Source: Laetmonice hystrix
Taxonomy: Eukaryota
Assembly: GCA_965235115.1 (NCBI GenBank)
Contig: OZ249451.1
Span: 248,001 to 312,000, forward strand
Direction of reading: 5' to 3'
DNA: 64,000 nt
In this document: in pieces, positions 24,990 to 37,884 of the stretch
Numbering within the stretch: the stretch's first letter is position 1
Layout: every line of letters begins with the position of its first letter
Position numbers and translations under genes: made by a program
Notes under the pieces: model-generated
What the model was told of the DNA's origin: nothing
The model's input: the letters and a program-made list of their open reading frames with translations, nothing else
The model's database searches: none

Positions 24990-25295
24990 TATTCACCCAA
25001 ACCTTGCGGAGTTAGGGGGAGAATTCACCCAATCCTTGCGGAATTAGGGGGAGAATTCACCCAAACCTTGCGAAGTTAGGGGGAGAATACATCCAAACCT
25101 GGCGGAGTTAGGGAGAGAATTCACCCAAACCTGGCGGAGTTAGGGGGAGAATACGCCCAAACCTGGCGGAGTTAGGGAGAGAATTAACCCAAACCTGGCG
25201 GAGTTAGGGGGAGAATACATCCAAACCTTGCGGAGTTAGGGGGAGAATTCACCCAAACCTGGCACAGTTAGGGGGAGAATACGCTCAAACCTGGT
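24990..25295. repeat. 32-bp minisatellite, ~9 diverged copies
   Basis: GGAGAATTCACCCAAACCTTGCGGAGTTAGGG. Confidence 0.95.
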
Positions 25296-26789
25296 TGAGG
25301 TAGGGCAAGCTGGCAATCAAGTTGGTTTGCCGCCTCTCGCTGACATGGTATCGTCGACATAAGGCGCCGGGTACCAGCTTGGAGAACAGGGATGAAGATG
25401 AGGACAATTGAAAGCGAGGTTGCTCCCAGATGGGAGGCAGGAGGTATTGTCCAAGGTGACCTAGCCTTTGTCAGGGCTGACCTCGCGCTAGTGCTGCCAC
25501 CTGTCTTTGTCAGCGGACGAATCGCCACATTGTGGGTGTGCACCCAGGTGTGAAACGGGTCTAAGAGGGCTAAACACTAAATTGCACCTCACAACAAAGG
25601 CATGCAGGGCGATCGCAAAACGCGGCACAATGACGCGCTGGGTGGAGGTAAAACGCGGCACGTGCCTGTCGGGAGCCGGCCTACCTGGCCGTCCGGCCAA
25701 CACGGCTCCCAATTGTCACACGCCACTCGCCCCATTTCAGGTGCCATTTTGTATTTTTTTCAGTCACTTTCATTTTGGCGTCCTTAATTACTTGCATGTC
25801 AAAAGATTTGGACAGCCTTTGTCATGGCTCCCTCCCGTCTGAACTCCCTGTCCCTGCTTGTAGACACACAAGCAGGGACAGGGAGTTCACGGCGACAGGG
25901 CCAAACGGAAATTTTAACAAATCGAATGAGAGACACATGCGAGCGACCCCGAGCCCAGAAGTCCTGTTTAGCCATCGATTTTCGTCTTCTTCTTGTCGGA
26001 GTTAGCGTTGCCATGGATTCTTGCACATCGACCTAATGATTTCAAGTGCACACTCGTCACGTTACCTGCGATGATCGCAGAATGTCGCTCAGACACGACG
26101 AGTAAATCATATGCATGGCTGCTCTCAGAAGTGGGATTAAATATGACAAGTTGTGGCTTTGTCTGTGTGGAGTGGCCGTCCTTCTCACACGCTCTCAATC
26201 ACACTACACCTTGGTTTCATCCAGCCAGAGGCACGGGAAATTGTCGCAAATTTTCACAATCGTTTGCTGCCAAAGGGAGCACTGGATATTGAGAGCCAGC
26301 GGGAATACGCGAATTAGAGGAACGATAGAGGGGGACAAAGGCACCTTTGTGGGAGAGTGGAGGTTCAGAAGTTGTCTGCCATTGATTTGTAAAATGTTAA
26401 TTAATCGTGTTGCTCTAAAAGCGAGCACCGCGGTGGGCCGGCACTCACCAAAGGTAATTACGCCCGGTGAGCTACGTTTCAACGAGTGCCCTCCCGCCTC
26501 AAGGCACCAAACTTGGCAGCACTGCTCGATTAAGTTATACGGCCCTTCAATATCCAGCCAGGCACAAACGTCAAGGGCCAGGCGACGCGGTGCAAGACAC
26601 TTTCACATGGTAGGGGGGACTTCGCAGCTGGCCCTTCTGTATAACTGACCATTCTGGTTATAACAGACTTTACAACTTGTCCCTCCTTATGGCGGAGATG
26701 GAAACAAACCTGATCATGCCTTGGTGTAAGAGCCAGAAAGGGTTAATTTGGGATGAGCGGTAAGACGGGGTTTTGTGTAGAGGTTAGAA

Positions 26790-27475
26790 AGGGTTTAGGA
26801 TGGACGGTAAGACCAGACCAGGTTTGGTGTCAAGGTTAGGAAGGGGTTAGGATGGACGGTCAGACCAGACCAGGTTTGGTGTCAAGGTTAGGAAGGGGTC
26901 AGGATGGACCAGACCAGGTTTGGTGTCAAGGTTAGGAAGGGGTCAGGATGGACGGTCAGACCAGACCAGGTTTGGTGTCAAGGTTAGGAAGGGGTCAGGA
27001 TGGACGGTCAGACCAGACCAGGTTTGGTGTCAAGGTTAGGAAGGGGTTAGGATGGGCGGTCAGACCAGACCAGGTTTGGTGTCAAGGTTAGGAAGGGGTT
27101 AGGATGGGCGGTCAGACCAGACCAGGTTTGGTGTCAAGGTTAGGAAGGGGTCAGGATGGACCAGACCAGGTTTGGTGTCAAGGTTAGGAAGGGGTCAGGA
27201 TGGGCGGTCAGACCAGACCAGGTTTGGTGTCAAGGTTAGGAAGGGGTCAGGATGGACGGTCAGACCAGACCAGGTTTGGTGTCAAGGTTAGGAAGGGGTC
27301 AGGATGGGCGGTCAGACCAGACCAGGTTTGGTGTCAAGGTTAGGAAGGGGTCAGGATGGGCGGTCACACCAGACCAGGTTTGGTGTCAAGGTTAGGAAGG
27401 GGTCAGGATGGGCGGTAAGACCAGACCAGGTTTGGTGTTAAGGTTAGGAAGGGGTTAGGATGGACGGTCAGACCA
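26790..27475. repeat. 52-bp minisatellite with 42-bp deletion variants, ~14 units
   Basis: GGATGGACGGTCAGACCAGACCAGGTTTGGTGTCAAGGTTAGGAAGGGGTCA. Confidence 0.97.
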
Positions 27476-28804
27476 CATACCCCCCACCCCTTTCACCTTC
27501 CTTTATCACGTGACCAGTGAAGTGGACCAGGGCCCTCCCGCCCAGCGTCACCCAATCAGACCATTCATTTCTTACTGGCTGTTATTGTTTCTGACCCAGT
27601 GGAACTCGTTGTCCACATTTAACCACACTCCATGACCACAGGCCCCGGCCCGTCTCTCATGTCACACAGATTTCTCAGATGTCACATTCGTGGCAATATC
27701 CGAGAAGATTTTGACATTCCACAGTACTGAGGTCACTGACTCCGACCCGGAGAAGAAGTAGTTGGAGTTTAGATCCTGAAGTACTTGTATTCATTTTTTC
27801 AATAATAGTACGTGAATCGTCGAAGGTGACACCAAGCTGACAAACACTCTCCTCCGGTACATCCATAAACTAATATGTGTGCTGGCGGTAGGGGATGTGA
27901 GCGGAACTGGTTGTGATTGTTTTAATATTGCCTCAGATTGTATAGATCGGGTGGCTGACTTACTGGTGCTCTATGCGGGCGTGGCCTTTGATGCGTGCCT
28001 GTGTGCCTGCGTGCCTGCGTGCTGTAGGCCTCGGTAGATTGGGATTGGTGGGTGGGTGACTGGGTAGTGAAGTCGCACATCGAGTTGTACGTAACCACAG
28101 TCAATATTATCGACGCCACCGGTCCACCCAGCCCAGAATACGGGCTGCACACGGCCGGTAACCGTGCTCGTCAGTCGTATATACTCGCCGCAACCGCTGC
28201 CACTCACCGTGCAAGGTCCGGGAAAATACCGCAACACTGGTCGGATAATCAGGACAGCGCGTTTTGAATGAAAAACTCGAGAAGGATAATTTATTGGAGA
28301 AATCTGTGTCAGAGTCATGTCGGAGCAAGGGTTTTGGCAGACACCTTAACAGAGGCAGGGACAGGATGGTTTAGGTTGGACGTGTCGGCCATGAAGAAAG
28401 CTTTTATTAAATGAAACATGATGGGTACCTCTAATCCTCATTTATGCAAAAAGGAATTCATAGTTTGGGAACGATATTGATTGAATCACTGAAGAAGCTG
28501 GTCGTGGGAAATTCCCCATTCTTGAATGGTGTCACAAAAATAGCAACAAGGAATCAATGAATATTCATAGAGTCAAGTCATATGGACGTGCTGATAACAG
28601 ACACATCGCTTTTATCCTATCCAGATAAAATATATTGTCCTCAACAATGGCAGCTTGACACATTGCTTACATTATATTGAAACAATACATGGCAAAAAAT
28701 CCTGATGAAAATAATCTTCAGTTTTCTTGTTTAAACCGTACATTTGTACTTCATGATGTATTTGCAATAAAGTTTTAGAAATGAGGTTTTATAAGGAATC
28801 AAAA

Positions 28805-29939
28805 TGTGTGGCTCTGTCCCTCACCTTACTGGAGTGTGACTCTGTCCCTCACCTTACTGGTGTATGGCTCTGTCCCTCACCTTACTGGTGTATGGCTCTG
28901 TCCCTCACCTTACTGGTGTATGGCTCTGTCCCTCACCCTACAGGTGTGTGGCTCTGTCCCTCACCTTACTGGTGTGTGGCTCTGTCCCTCACCTTACTCA
29001 AGTTACTGGTGTATGGCTCTGTCCCTCACCCTACAGGTGTGTGGCTCTGTCCCTCACCTTACTGGTGTGTGGCTCTGTCCCTCACCTTACTGGTGTGTGG
29101 CTCTGTCCCTCACCTTACTGGTGTGTGGCTCTGTCCCTCACCTTACTGGTGTGTGGCTCTGTCCCTCACCCTACAGGTGTGTGGCTCTGTCCCTCACCTT
29201 ACTGGTGTGCTCTGTCCCTCACCTTACTGGTGTGTGGCTCTGTCCCTCACCTTACTGGTGTGTGGCTCAGACCCTCACCTTACTGGTGTGTGGCTCTGTC
29301 CCTCACCTTACTGGTGTGCTCTGTCCCTCACCTTACTGGTGTGTGGCTCTGTCCCTCACCTTACTGGTGTGTGGCTCTGTCCCTCACCTTACTGGTGTGT
29401 GGCTCTGTCCCTCACCTTACTGGTGTGTGGCTCTGTCCCTCACCTTACTGGTGTGTGGCTCTGTCCCTCACCTTACTGGTGTGTGGCTCTGTCCCTCACC
29501 TTACTGGTGTGCTCTGTCCCTCACCTTACTGGTGTGTGGCTCTGTCCCTCACCTTACTGGTGTGCTCTGTCCCTTACCTTACTGGTGTGTGGCTCTGTAC
29601 CCCAGCCTACCGGACTGTGGCTCTGTCCCTCACCTTACCGGAGTGTGGCTCTGTCCCTCACCTTACTGGTGTGTGGCTCTGTCCCTCACCTTACTGGTGT
29701 GTGGCTCTGTCCCTCACCTTACTGGTGTGTGGCTCTGTCCCTCACCTTACTGGTGTGTGGCTCTGTCCCTCACCTTACTGGTGTGTGGCTCTGTCCCTCA
29801 CCTTACTGGTGTGTGGCTCAGACCCTCAACTTACTGATGTGTGGCTCTGTCCCTCACCTTACTGGTGTGTGGCTCTGTCCCTCACCTTACTGGTGTGTGG
29901 CTCTGTCCCTCACCTTACTGGTGTGTGGCTCTGTCCCTT
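28805..29939. repeat. 28-bp minisatellite, ~40 copies
   Basis: TGTGTGGCTCTGTCCCTCACCTTACTGG. Confidence 0.98.
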
Positions 29940-30120
29940 AGCACTGTAGAGTGTGGACGGAACGACTCAGTCAAACATGGCTGTTCGCTGAGATAAGAGC
30001 CATATTGTGTGTAGTATATTAGGTATGGAAGGACATGATAATATCGAGAGTATTGGGACGGAGAGGGGACATTTAATGTCGTTGTGTTAGTGGGTCTGTG
30101 GGGGGCGGGGGCACAGTATT

Positions 30121-32343
30121 GTGAGGGTGTTTGTGGGTCTGTGTGTGAGGGGCAGGGACTGTATCAGTAGTGTTGTGAGGGTGTTTGTGGGTCTGTTTGT
30201 GAGGGGCAGGGACTGTATCAGTAGTGTTGTGAGGGTGTTTGTGGGTCTGTTTGTGAGGGGCAGGGACTGTATCAGTAGTGTTGTGAGGGTGTTTGTGGGT
30301 CTGTTTGTGAGGGGCAGGGAGTGTATCAGTAGTATTGTGAGGGTGTTTGTGGGTCTGTGTGTGAGGGGCAGGGACTGTATCAGTAGTGTTGTGAGGGTGT
30401 TTGTGGGTCTGTTTGTGAGGGGCAGGGACTGTGTCAGTAGTGTTGTGAGGGTGTTTGTGGGTCTGTTTGTGAGGGGCAGGGACTGTGTCAGTAGTGTTGT
30501 GAGGGTGTTTGTGGGTCTGTGTGTGAGGGGCAGGGACTGTATCAGTAGTGTTGTGAGGGTGTTTGTGGGTCTGTTTGTGAGGGGCAGGGACTGTGTCAGT
30601 AGTGTTGTGAGGGTGTTTGTGGGTCTGTTTGTGAGGGGCAGGGAATACAGTAGTGTTGTGAGGGTGTTTGCGGGTCTGTTTGTGAGGGGCAGGGACTGTA
30701 TCAGTAGTGTTGTGAGGGTGTTTGCGGGTCTGTTTGTGAGGGGCAGGGACTGTATCAGTAGTGTTGTGAGGGTGTTTGTGGGTCTGTTTGTGAGGGGCAG
30801 GGACTGTATCAGTAGTGTTGTGAGGGTGTTTGTGGGTCTGTTTGTGAGGGGCAGGGACTGTATCAGTAGTGTTGTGAGGGTGTTTGCGGGTCTGTTTGTG
30901 AGGGGCAGGGACTGTATCAGTAGTGTTGTGAGGGTGTTTGTGGGTCTGTTTGTGAGGGGCAGGGACTGTATCAGTAGTGTTGTGAGGGTGTTTGTGGGTC
31001 TGTTTGTGAGGGGCAGGGACTGTATCAGTAGTGTTGTGAGGGTGTTTGTGGGTCTGTTTGTGAGGGGCAGGGACTGTATCAGTAGTGTTGTGAGGGTGTT
31101 TGTGGGTCTGTGTGTGAGGGGCAGGGACTGTATCAGTAGTGTTGTGAGGGTGTTTGTGGGTCTGTTTGTGAGGGGCAGGGAGTGTATCAGTAGTATTGTG
31201 AGGGTGTTTGTGGGTCTGTGTGTGAGGGGCAGGGACTGTATCAGTAGTGTTGTGAGGGTGTTTGTGGGTCTGTTTGTGAGGGGCAGGGACTGTGTCAGTA
31301 GTGTTGTGAGGGTGTTTGTGGGTCTGTTTGTGAGGGGCAGGGACTGTGTCAGTAGTGTTGTGAGGGTGTTTGTGGGTCTGTGTGTGAGGGGCAGGGACTG
31401 TATCAGTAGTGTTGTGAGGGTGTTTGTGGGTCTGTTTGTGAGGGGCAGGGACTGTGTCAGTAGTGTTGTGAGGGTGTTTGTGGGTCTGTTTGTGAGGGGC
31501 AGGGAATACAGTAGTGTTGTGAGGGTGTTTGCGGGTCTGTTTGTGAGGGGCAGGGACTGTATCAGTAGTGTTGTGAGGGTGTTTGCGGGTCTGTTTGTGA
31601 GGGGCAGGGACTGTATCAGTAGTGTTGTGAGGGTGTTTGTGGGTCTGTTTGTGAGGGGCAGGGACTGTATCAGTAGTGTTGTGAGGGTGTTTGTGGGTCT
31701 GTTTGTGAGGGGCAGGGACTGTATCAGTAGTGTTGTGAGGGTGTTTGCGGGTCTGTTTGTGAGGGGCAGGGACTGTATCAGTAGTGTTGTGAGGGTGTTT
31801 GTGGGTCTGTTTGTGAGGGGCAGGGACTGTATCAGTAGTGTTGTGAGGGTGTTTGTGGGTCTGTTTGTGAGGGGCAGGGAATACAGTAGTGTTGTGAGGG
31901 TGTTTGCGGGTCTGTTTGTGAGGGGCAGGGACTGTGTCAGTAGTGTTGCGAGGGTGTTTGTGGGTCTGTTTGTGAGGGGCAGGGAATACAGTAGTGTTGT
32001 GAGGGTGTTTGCGGGTCTGTTTGTGAGGGGCAGGGACTGTATCAGTAGTGTTGTGAGGGAGTTTGTGGGTCTGTGTGTGAGGGGCAGGGACTGTATCAGT
32101 AGTGTTGTGAGGGTGTTTGTGGGTCTGTTTGTGAGGGGCAGGGACTGTATCAGTAGTGTTGTGAGGGTGTTTGTGGGTCTGTTTGTGAGGGGCAGGGACT
32201 GTATCAGTAGTGTTGTGAGGGTGTTTGTGGGTCTGTTTGTGAGAGGCAGGGACTGTATCAGTAGTGTTGTGAGGGTGTTTGTGGGTCTGTTTGTGAGGGG
32301 CAGGGAATACAGTAGTGTTGTGAGGGTGTTTGTGGGTCTGTGT
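30121..32343. repeat. 54-bp minisatellite, ~41 copies, with an 861-bp higher-order duplication
   Basis: GTGAGGGTGTTTGTGGGTCTGTTTGTGAGGGGCAGGGACTGTATCAGTAGTGTT; source of the 767-aa artefact ORF. Confidence 0.99.
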
Positions 32344-33799
32344 GACGGTTTGCGCTCTCGTTCAGCTCACGGCCCCCAGGGGGCGTCACGTCGTAAAGAC
32401 GAAGTGCTCCTTTTGAAGACATAAAATGATAAGTCGGCCGCAGTAATTGCCTAAGTTACCTTTGGACATTTTTGCATGTTTTTATGGAAATTCTGACCCA
32501 GTGAATGTAGTGTGTGGGAGATGAATTCTGACGTCTGTGGCATTTGGCCGTCCCCGGGCGAGGGCCGGTGGGGACCGCTGTGATGCTGGCGAACATGCTA
32601 AACCCTGACACCGGGGACAGCGGCATGACAGAGGGACCAAATGAAAATAATCGGCCCTGAATGTCGGCGATGAACAATGGCGTGGTCGCGTGTCATGTTG
32701 GAACCGATTAAAGTGATAAAGACTGTGTCGGTAATGACTGGCGCAGGTAGCACCCCCACCCCCCCACCCTCTCCCCGGATCTCTCTCGGCCAGCCCGACC
32801 CCTCGCTCGCCCGACCCGACCTAAATCGGCCGACTCGCATTATGATATTATTCACCACTGCCCCCAGTGGCTTATTTTATTTCCAAATTGCACTTAATAG
32901 CATTGCAATTTGCAATTACACATTTTGCGAGGTATTTACCTATGGCGGCGGGCAGTGGGTGATCAGAGGCCGGTGGCTGGCTGCCGGTGGCGGAGTGAAC
33001 GGGTCGTTATTACCGAGTCAGCCGCTCCGAGTGGTGCTTTCACACGACATTGGAGACAGTCAGTCCGACTCGGCTCTGGGCCCGCCGTCCCCCAACCACC
33101 ACTACCTAGCCCGCTGGCTGACCTGGCTGCCCTACTCGGCCTATTATTATCACTATTCCTTCAGTCTTATTTGCATAACGATGGCACCGGGAAAGGTGAT
33201 TATTTCTGTGGCGTGCTCGGTGTTTGCACACCCATAGAAATAAGATGGGGTATTGGAACGGAAGCACCGGGGCCTGCCGCACGACAAAATAACCATTTTG
33301 ACTTGTGTTAGAAGGGGCTGATGACCAGGCATACACGGGGCGGTAAATACGCGACAAAATAGTCTGGCTAAATGGCCGGCATAAAATGGTATTATGGTCT
33401 GAATGGGCGGAATGAAGTCGACGCTGAGAGTCAGCACAGGTCTCATTGCATCGTACGTGCCTACGGTAAAGAATGAGATGACTAAATATTTACTTCTCAT
33501 CGGGTTAATATTTGAGCCGCATTTGAAAACACGAAAACTCCAGAAAGTACGCAGTCGACTGGTTGAACAGGCTAGGTAGGCATGGCAACAAGAACTTAAT
33601 TAGGTCACCCGACAAGGAGACAACTGCCGTGCAGCGTTGGGACAGTAGCTGATTTAATTAAGATCTGAAACACTTGGATGGCAGAGTTGGTAGATGGTGT
33701 ATAACTGGGATGAAAGTGTCTTGAAATTGATGGCAAGGGGAGAAATGACTAGGCAGTGGATCCAGGGAGTTTTAGGGGCAAATACTTACTGTGAGTGAG

Positions 33800-34868
33800 C
33801 GCAGAGATCCAGGGAGACTGGGCCGAGTACTGGGGGAGGGGGAGCCTGGGCCGAGTACTGGGGGAGAGATCCTGGGAGCCTGGGCCGAGTACTGGGGGAG
33901 AGATCCTGGGAGACTGGGCCGAGTACTGGGGGAGAGATCCTGGGAGACTGGGCCGAGTACTGGGGGAGGGGGAGAGATCCTGGGAGACTGGGCCAAGTAC
34001 TGGGGGAGAGATCCTGGGAGACTGGGCCGAGTACTGGGGGAGAGATCCTGGGAGACTGGGCCGAGTACTGGGGGAGAGATCCTGGGAGACTGGGCCGAGT
34101 ACTGGGGGAGGGGGAGAGATCCTGGGAGACTGGGCCGAGTACTGGGGGAGAGATCCTGGGAGACTGGGCCGAGTACTGGGGGAGGGGAGAGATCCTGGGA
34201 GACAGGGCCGAGTACTGGGGGAGGGGAGAGATCCTGAGAGACTGGGCCGAGTACTGGGGGAGAGATCCTGGGAGACTGGGCCGAGTACTGGGGGAGAGAT
34301 CCTGGGAGACTGGGCCCAGTACTGGGGAAGAGATCCTGGGAGACTGGGCCGAGTACTGGGGGAGGGGGAGAGATCCTGGGAGACTGGGCCCAGTACTGGG
34401 GGAGAGATCCTGGGAGACTGGGCCGAGTACTGGAGGAGAGATCCTGGGAGACTGGGCCGAGTACTGGGGGAGGGGGAGAGATCCTGGGAGACTGGGCCCA
34501 GTACTGGGGGAGAGATCCTGGGAGACTGGGCCGAGTACTGGGGGAGATCCTGGGAGACTGGGCCGAGTACTGGGGGAGAGATCCTGGGAGACTGGGCCGA
34601 GTACTGGGGGAGAGATCCTGGGAGACTGGGCCGAGTACTGGGGGAGAGATCCTGAGAGACTGGGCCGAGTACTGGGGGAGAGATCCTGGGAGACTGGGCC
34701 GAGTACTGGGGGAGGGGGAGAGATCCTGGGAGCCTGGGCCTGGTACTGGGGGAGAGATCCTGGGAGACTGGGCCGAGTACTGGGGGAGGGGGAGAGATCC
34801 TGGGAGACTGGGCCCAGTACTGGGGGAGAGATCCTGGGAGACCGGGCCCAGTACTGGGGAAGAGATCC
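33800..34868. repeat. ~34-bp G-rich minisatellite, ~30 units
   Basis: GAGATCCTGGGAGACTGGGCCGAGTACTGGGGGA with G-run length variants. Confidence 0.97.
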
Positions 34869-35212
34869 CCCTGTATGTACCCAGTATGATAAACGAACTC
34901 TGGTTTTAATGATTGGTTTCGGTGGTAATCGTGTTACTATCACTCATATATCCTCCCCTCCACCCCCTGGTTAGAGTGTTTTAAAGGCCGGCCTCTCCTA
35001 ATAACACAGGACAAGCGGACAATATGATGGCACTACCATGGTGATTAGCCCTGTTTCATGGTCTCAGAATAGAGTAATGTTATCATAAATTACCTTGACG
35101 GATCGTTTTTCTTCTACCACAGCTAAATGTTTTCAGAGAACTGTGTATGTACATGGAAATCTCACTAAACGGCAGCCCTATACCACAGTAATAAATAGTG
35201 TCATTTTCTCAG

Positions 35213-35441
35213 TAACCATGGTCACACAAGTCACTACATATGGTAACCATGGTCACACAAGTCACTATGGTAACCATGGTCACACAAGTCACTATGGTAA
35301 CCATGGTCACACAAGTCACTATGGTAACCATGGTCACACAAGTCACTATGGTAACCATGGTCACACAAGTCACTATGGTAACCATGGTCACACAAGTCAC
35401 TATGGTAACCATGGTCACACAAGTCACTATGGTAACCATGG
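35213..35441. repeat. 27-bp minisatellite, ~8 copies, with 7 RFX X-box motifs
   Basis: GTCACTATGGTAACCATGGTCACACAA; X-box at 35261 and every 27 bp to 35423. Confidence 0.97.
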
Positions 35442-35794
35442 CATGCATGAACTTAGTGAGCGGTATGAAGGTGGATGGAGTGAATCGATGGAGAATTAGA
35501 TCGATATGTTTGTAGTGTTATAATTGCTGTGGCTAGAGTCGCACATTGCGCCATCGTTCCACGGCTCGGCTCGCCTCACCTTGCCTGGTGTACCGCCGCC
35601 GTCCGCCGCGCCCAACGTGGACAGTCCTCAAAGCTGGGTGTAGTTATAGGCGCACGCTGAGTCGATCAACTCTGAATGGCCGCCGTCTCTTTCTATTGGA
35701 TCAACACAAAATTGGATTTGGCGAGTATAAACGTTGGGGGAGGCGGCGCGGCCGTGTGTTACAATGGGGGCCGCTGGGAGGGGGACGGGAGGGG

Positions 35795-36553
35795 GTTCTG
35801 AGGACGGAGGGGGACGGAGGGGGAGGTGTAGAGGCGGGACGGAGGGGGGAGGTGTAGAGGCAGGACGGAGGGGGGAGGTGTAGAGGCAGGACGGAGGGGG
35901 AGGTGTAGGCAGGACGGAGGGGGAGGTGTAGAGGCGGGACGGAGGGGGGAGGTGTAGGCAGGACGGAGGGGGGAGGTGTAGAGGCAGGACGGAGGGGGGA
36001 GGTGTAGGCAGGACGGAGGGGGGAGGTGTAGGCAGGACGGAGGGGGAGGTGTAGAGGCAGGACGGAGGGGGGAGGTGTAGAGGCAGGACGGAGGGGGGAG
36101 GTGTAGGCAGGACGGAGGGGGGAGGTGTAGGCAGGACGGAGGGGGAGGTGTAGAGGCAGGACGGAGGGGGGAGGTGTAGGCAGGACGGAGGGGGGAGGTG
36201 TAGAGGCAGGACGGAGGGGGGAGGTGTAGGCAGGACGGAGGGGGAGGTGTAGAGGCGGGACGGAGGGGGGAGGTGTAGAGGCAGGACGGAGGGGGAGGTG
36301 TAGAGGCAGGACGGAGGGGGAGGTGTAGGCAGGACGGAGGGGGAGGTGTAGAGGCAGGACGGAGGGGGAGGTGTAGAGGCGGGACGGAGGGGGGAGGTGT
36401 AGGCAGGACGGAGGGGGGAGGTGTAGAGGCAGGACGGAGGGGGAGGTGTAGAGGCAGGACGGAGGGGGGAGGTGTAGAGGCAGGACGGAGGGGGGAGGTG
36501 TAGGCAGGACGGAGGGGGAGGTGTAGAGGCGGGACGGAGGGGGGAGGTGTAAA
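35795..36553. repeat. Purine-rich 22-28-bp minisatellite, ~30 units
   Basis: GGACGGAGGGGG(G)AGGTGTAG(AG)GCA. Confidence 0.96.
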
Positions 36554-36594
36554 GGCAGGCGAAGGGCACAGTTTTTGGGGTTCTTCCCCCATGC

Positions 36595-36732
36595 TAACTT
36601 TCCACGAAATGTTTGGGCAGGGGTTAGGGTTAAGGTCAGGGATAGGGATAGGGATAGGATAGGCATATGTTTTTGGGACGTGTAGGGACCGGGGTTAGGG
36701 GTTAGGGATAAGGTCAGGGCCATGGATCTTTA
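36595..36732 (+). mobile_element. Dispersed repeat fragment with GGGTTA/GGGATA-rich interior; second copy inverted at 61282-61396
   Basis: Collinear shared blocks TAACTT..CCAC, GGCAGGGGTT(A/C)GGGTT, ATATGTTTTTGGGA, GGGACCGGG, AGGTCAGG, ATGGATCTTTA. Element class unknown. Confidence 0.6.
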
Positions 36733-36849
36733 CTTTCCACCAAATATCGTGGGGTTTAAGTTATCATGGGCGATATACCGTTTTTGGGGCATATGCTGGG
36801 GACAGGGCAGGGGGCATGTGGACAGGGGGCATGTCCCCTCGTTCGTCCT

Positions 36850-37105
36850 CCCGCCACGGTCCATCCCTCCGCCCGTTACGGTCCGTCCCTCGGTCCCTCC
36901 GCCCGTTACGGTCCATCCCTCCGCCCGTCACGGTCCATCCCTCCGCCCGTCACGGTCCGTCCCTCCGCCCCTCGGTCCCTCCGCCCGTCACGGTCCGTCC
37001 CTCCGCCCCTCGGTCCCTCCGCCCGTCACGGTCCATCCCTCCGCCCGTCACGGTCCGTCCCTCCGCCCGTCGGTCCCTCCGCCCGTCACGGTCCGTCCCT
37101 CCGCC
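36850..37105. repeat. ~22-bp C-rich minisatellite, ~11 units
   Basis: CCGCCCGTCACGGTCCATCCCT. Confidence 0.93.
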
Positions 37106-37621
37106 CATCAGTCCTCCCTCGGTGTACCAGGAACCCGGGCAGCAGCAGCGGCAAATTAAGCCACCAGATTTATACATCCTGAAAATGATCCAATTAAATA
37201 CTCTGTGCCATAATCCAATCTGTTACCATGGTAACCCTTTGTTGGCTGTGTAATCGGCACTAATTGCATGTTATTCCCAACACACTGTGGAAACTTAATA
37301 AAGAAAAAAAAACTTAATTAACTTTTGTCAAATATAGTAACTGAAACATGGTAATTTATATAGATTTTAAAGTGCAAGGTGAGTTTCTAATACGTAAGTA
37401 AAGGCCCTTGTACGAACAGTTTGTAGAATCAGTCGGACTTGAAGGAGTAAGAAATGTAAGCAATGAATTACGTAATCAGTTTGCCATATGAAGTGACACT
37501 CAGGGTCAGAAACTGGACCTATAGCCATGTCCGAGATAGGGCAAAATAATGAGGGCTCCCTGACGGATGATGTCGTCAAAGAGATAAATAATAATAAGAT
37601 ATACGGTCGGTTCTTCGGGCA

Positions 37622-37884
37622 GGGGGTGTGTCATACACTGACATACACCTAGGGAGTGTGTCATACACTGACATACACCTAGGGAGTGTGTCATACACTG
37701 ACATACACCTAGGGAGTGTGTCATACACCTAGGGAGTGTGTCATACACTGACATACACCTAGGGAGTGTGTCATACACTGACATACACCTAGGGAGTGTG
37801 TCATACACTGACATACACCTAGGGAGTGTGTCATACACTGACATACACCTAGGGAGTGTGTCATACACTGACATACACCTAGGG
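37622..37884. repeat. 30-bp minisatellite, ~9 copies
   Basis: GGGAGTGTGTCATACACTGACATACACCTA. Confidence 0.96.

Noticed and set aside
28380-28800. AT-rich stretch with short protein-like frames suggesting a decayed transposon or LINE
   Set aside because: No catalytic motif could be recognised across the stops.
30121-32424. 767-aa ORF and the other long repetitive ORFs (12385, 17228, 18668-20051, 28781, 33786, 35628, 48839, 51086, 62488 etc.)
   Set aside because: They lie entirely in minisatellites that happen to lack stops, are often open in several frames at once, and show no domain or splice support.
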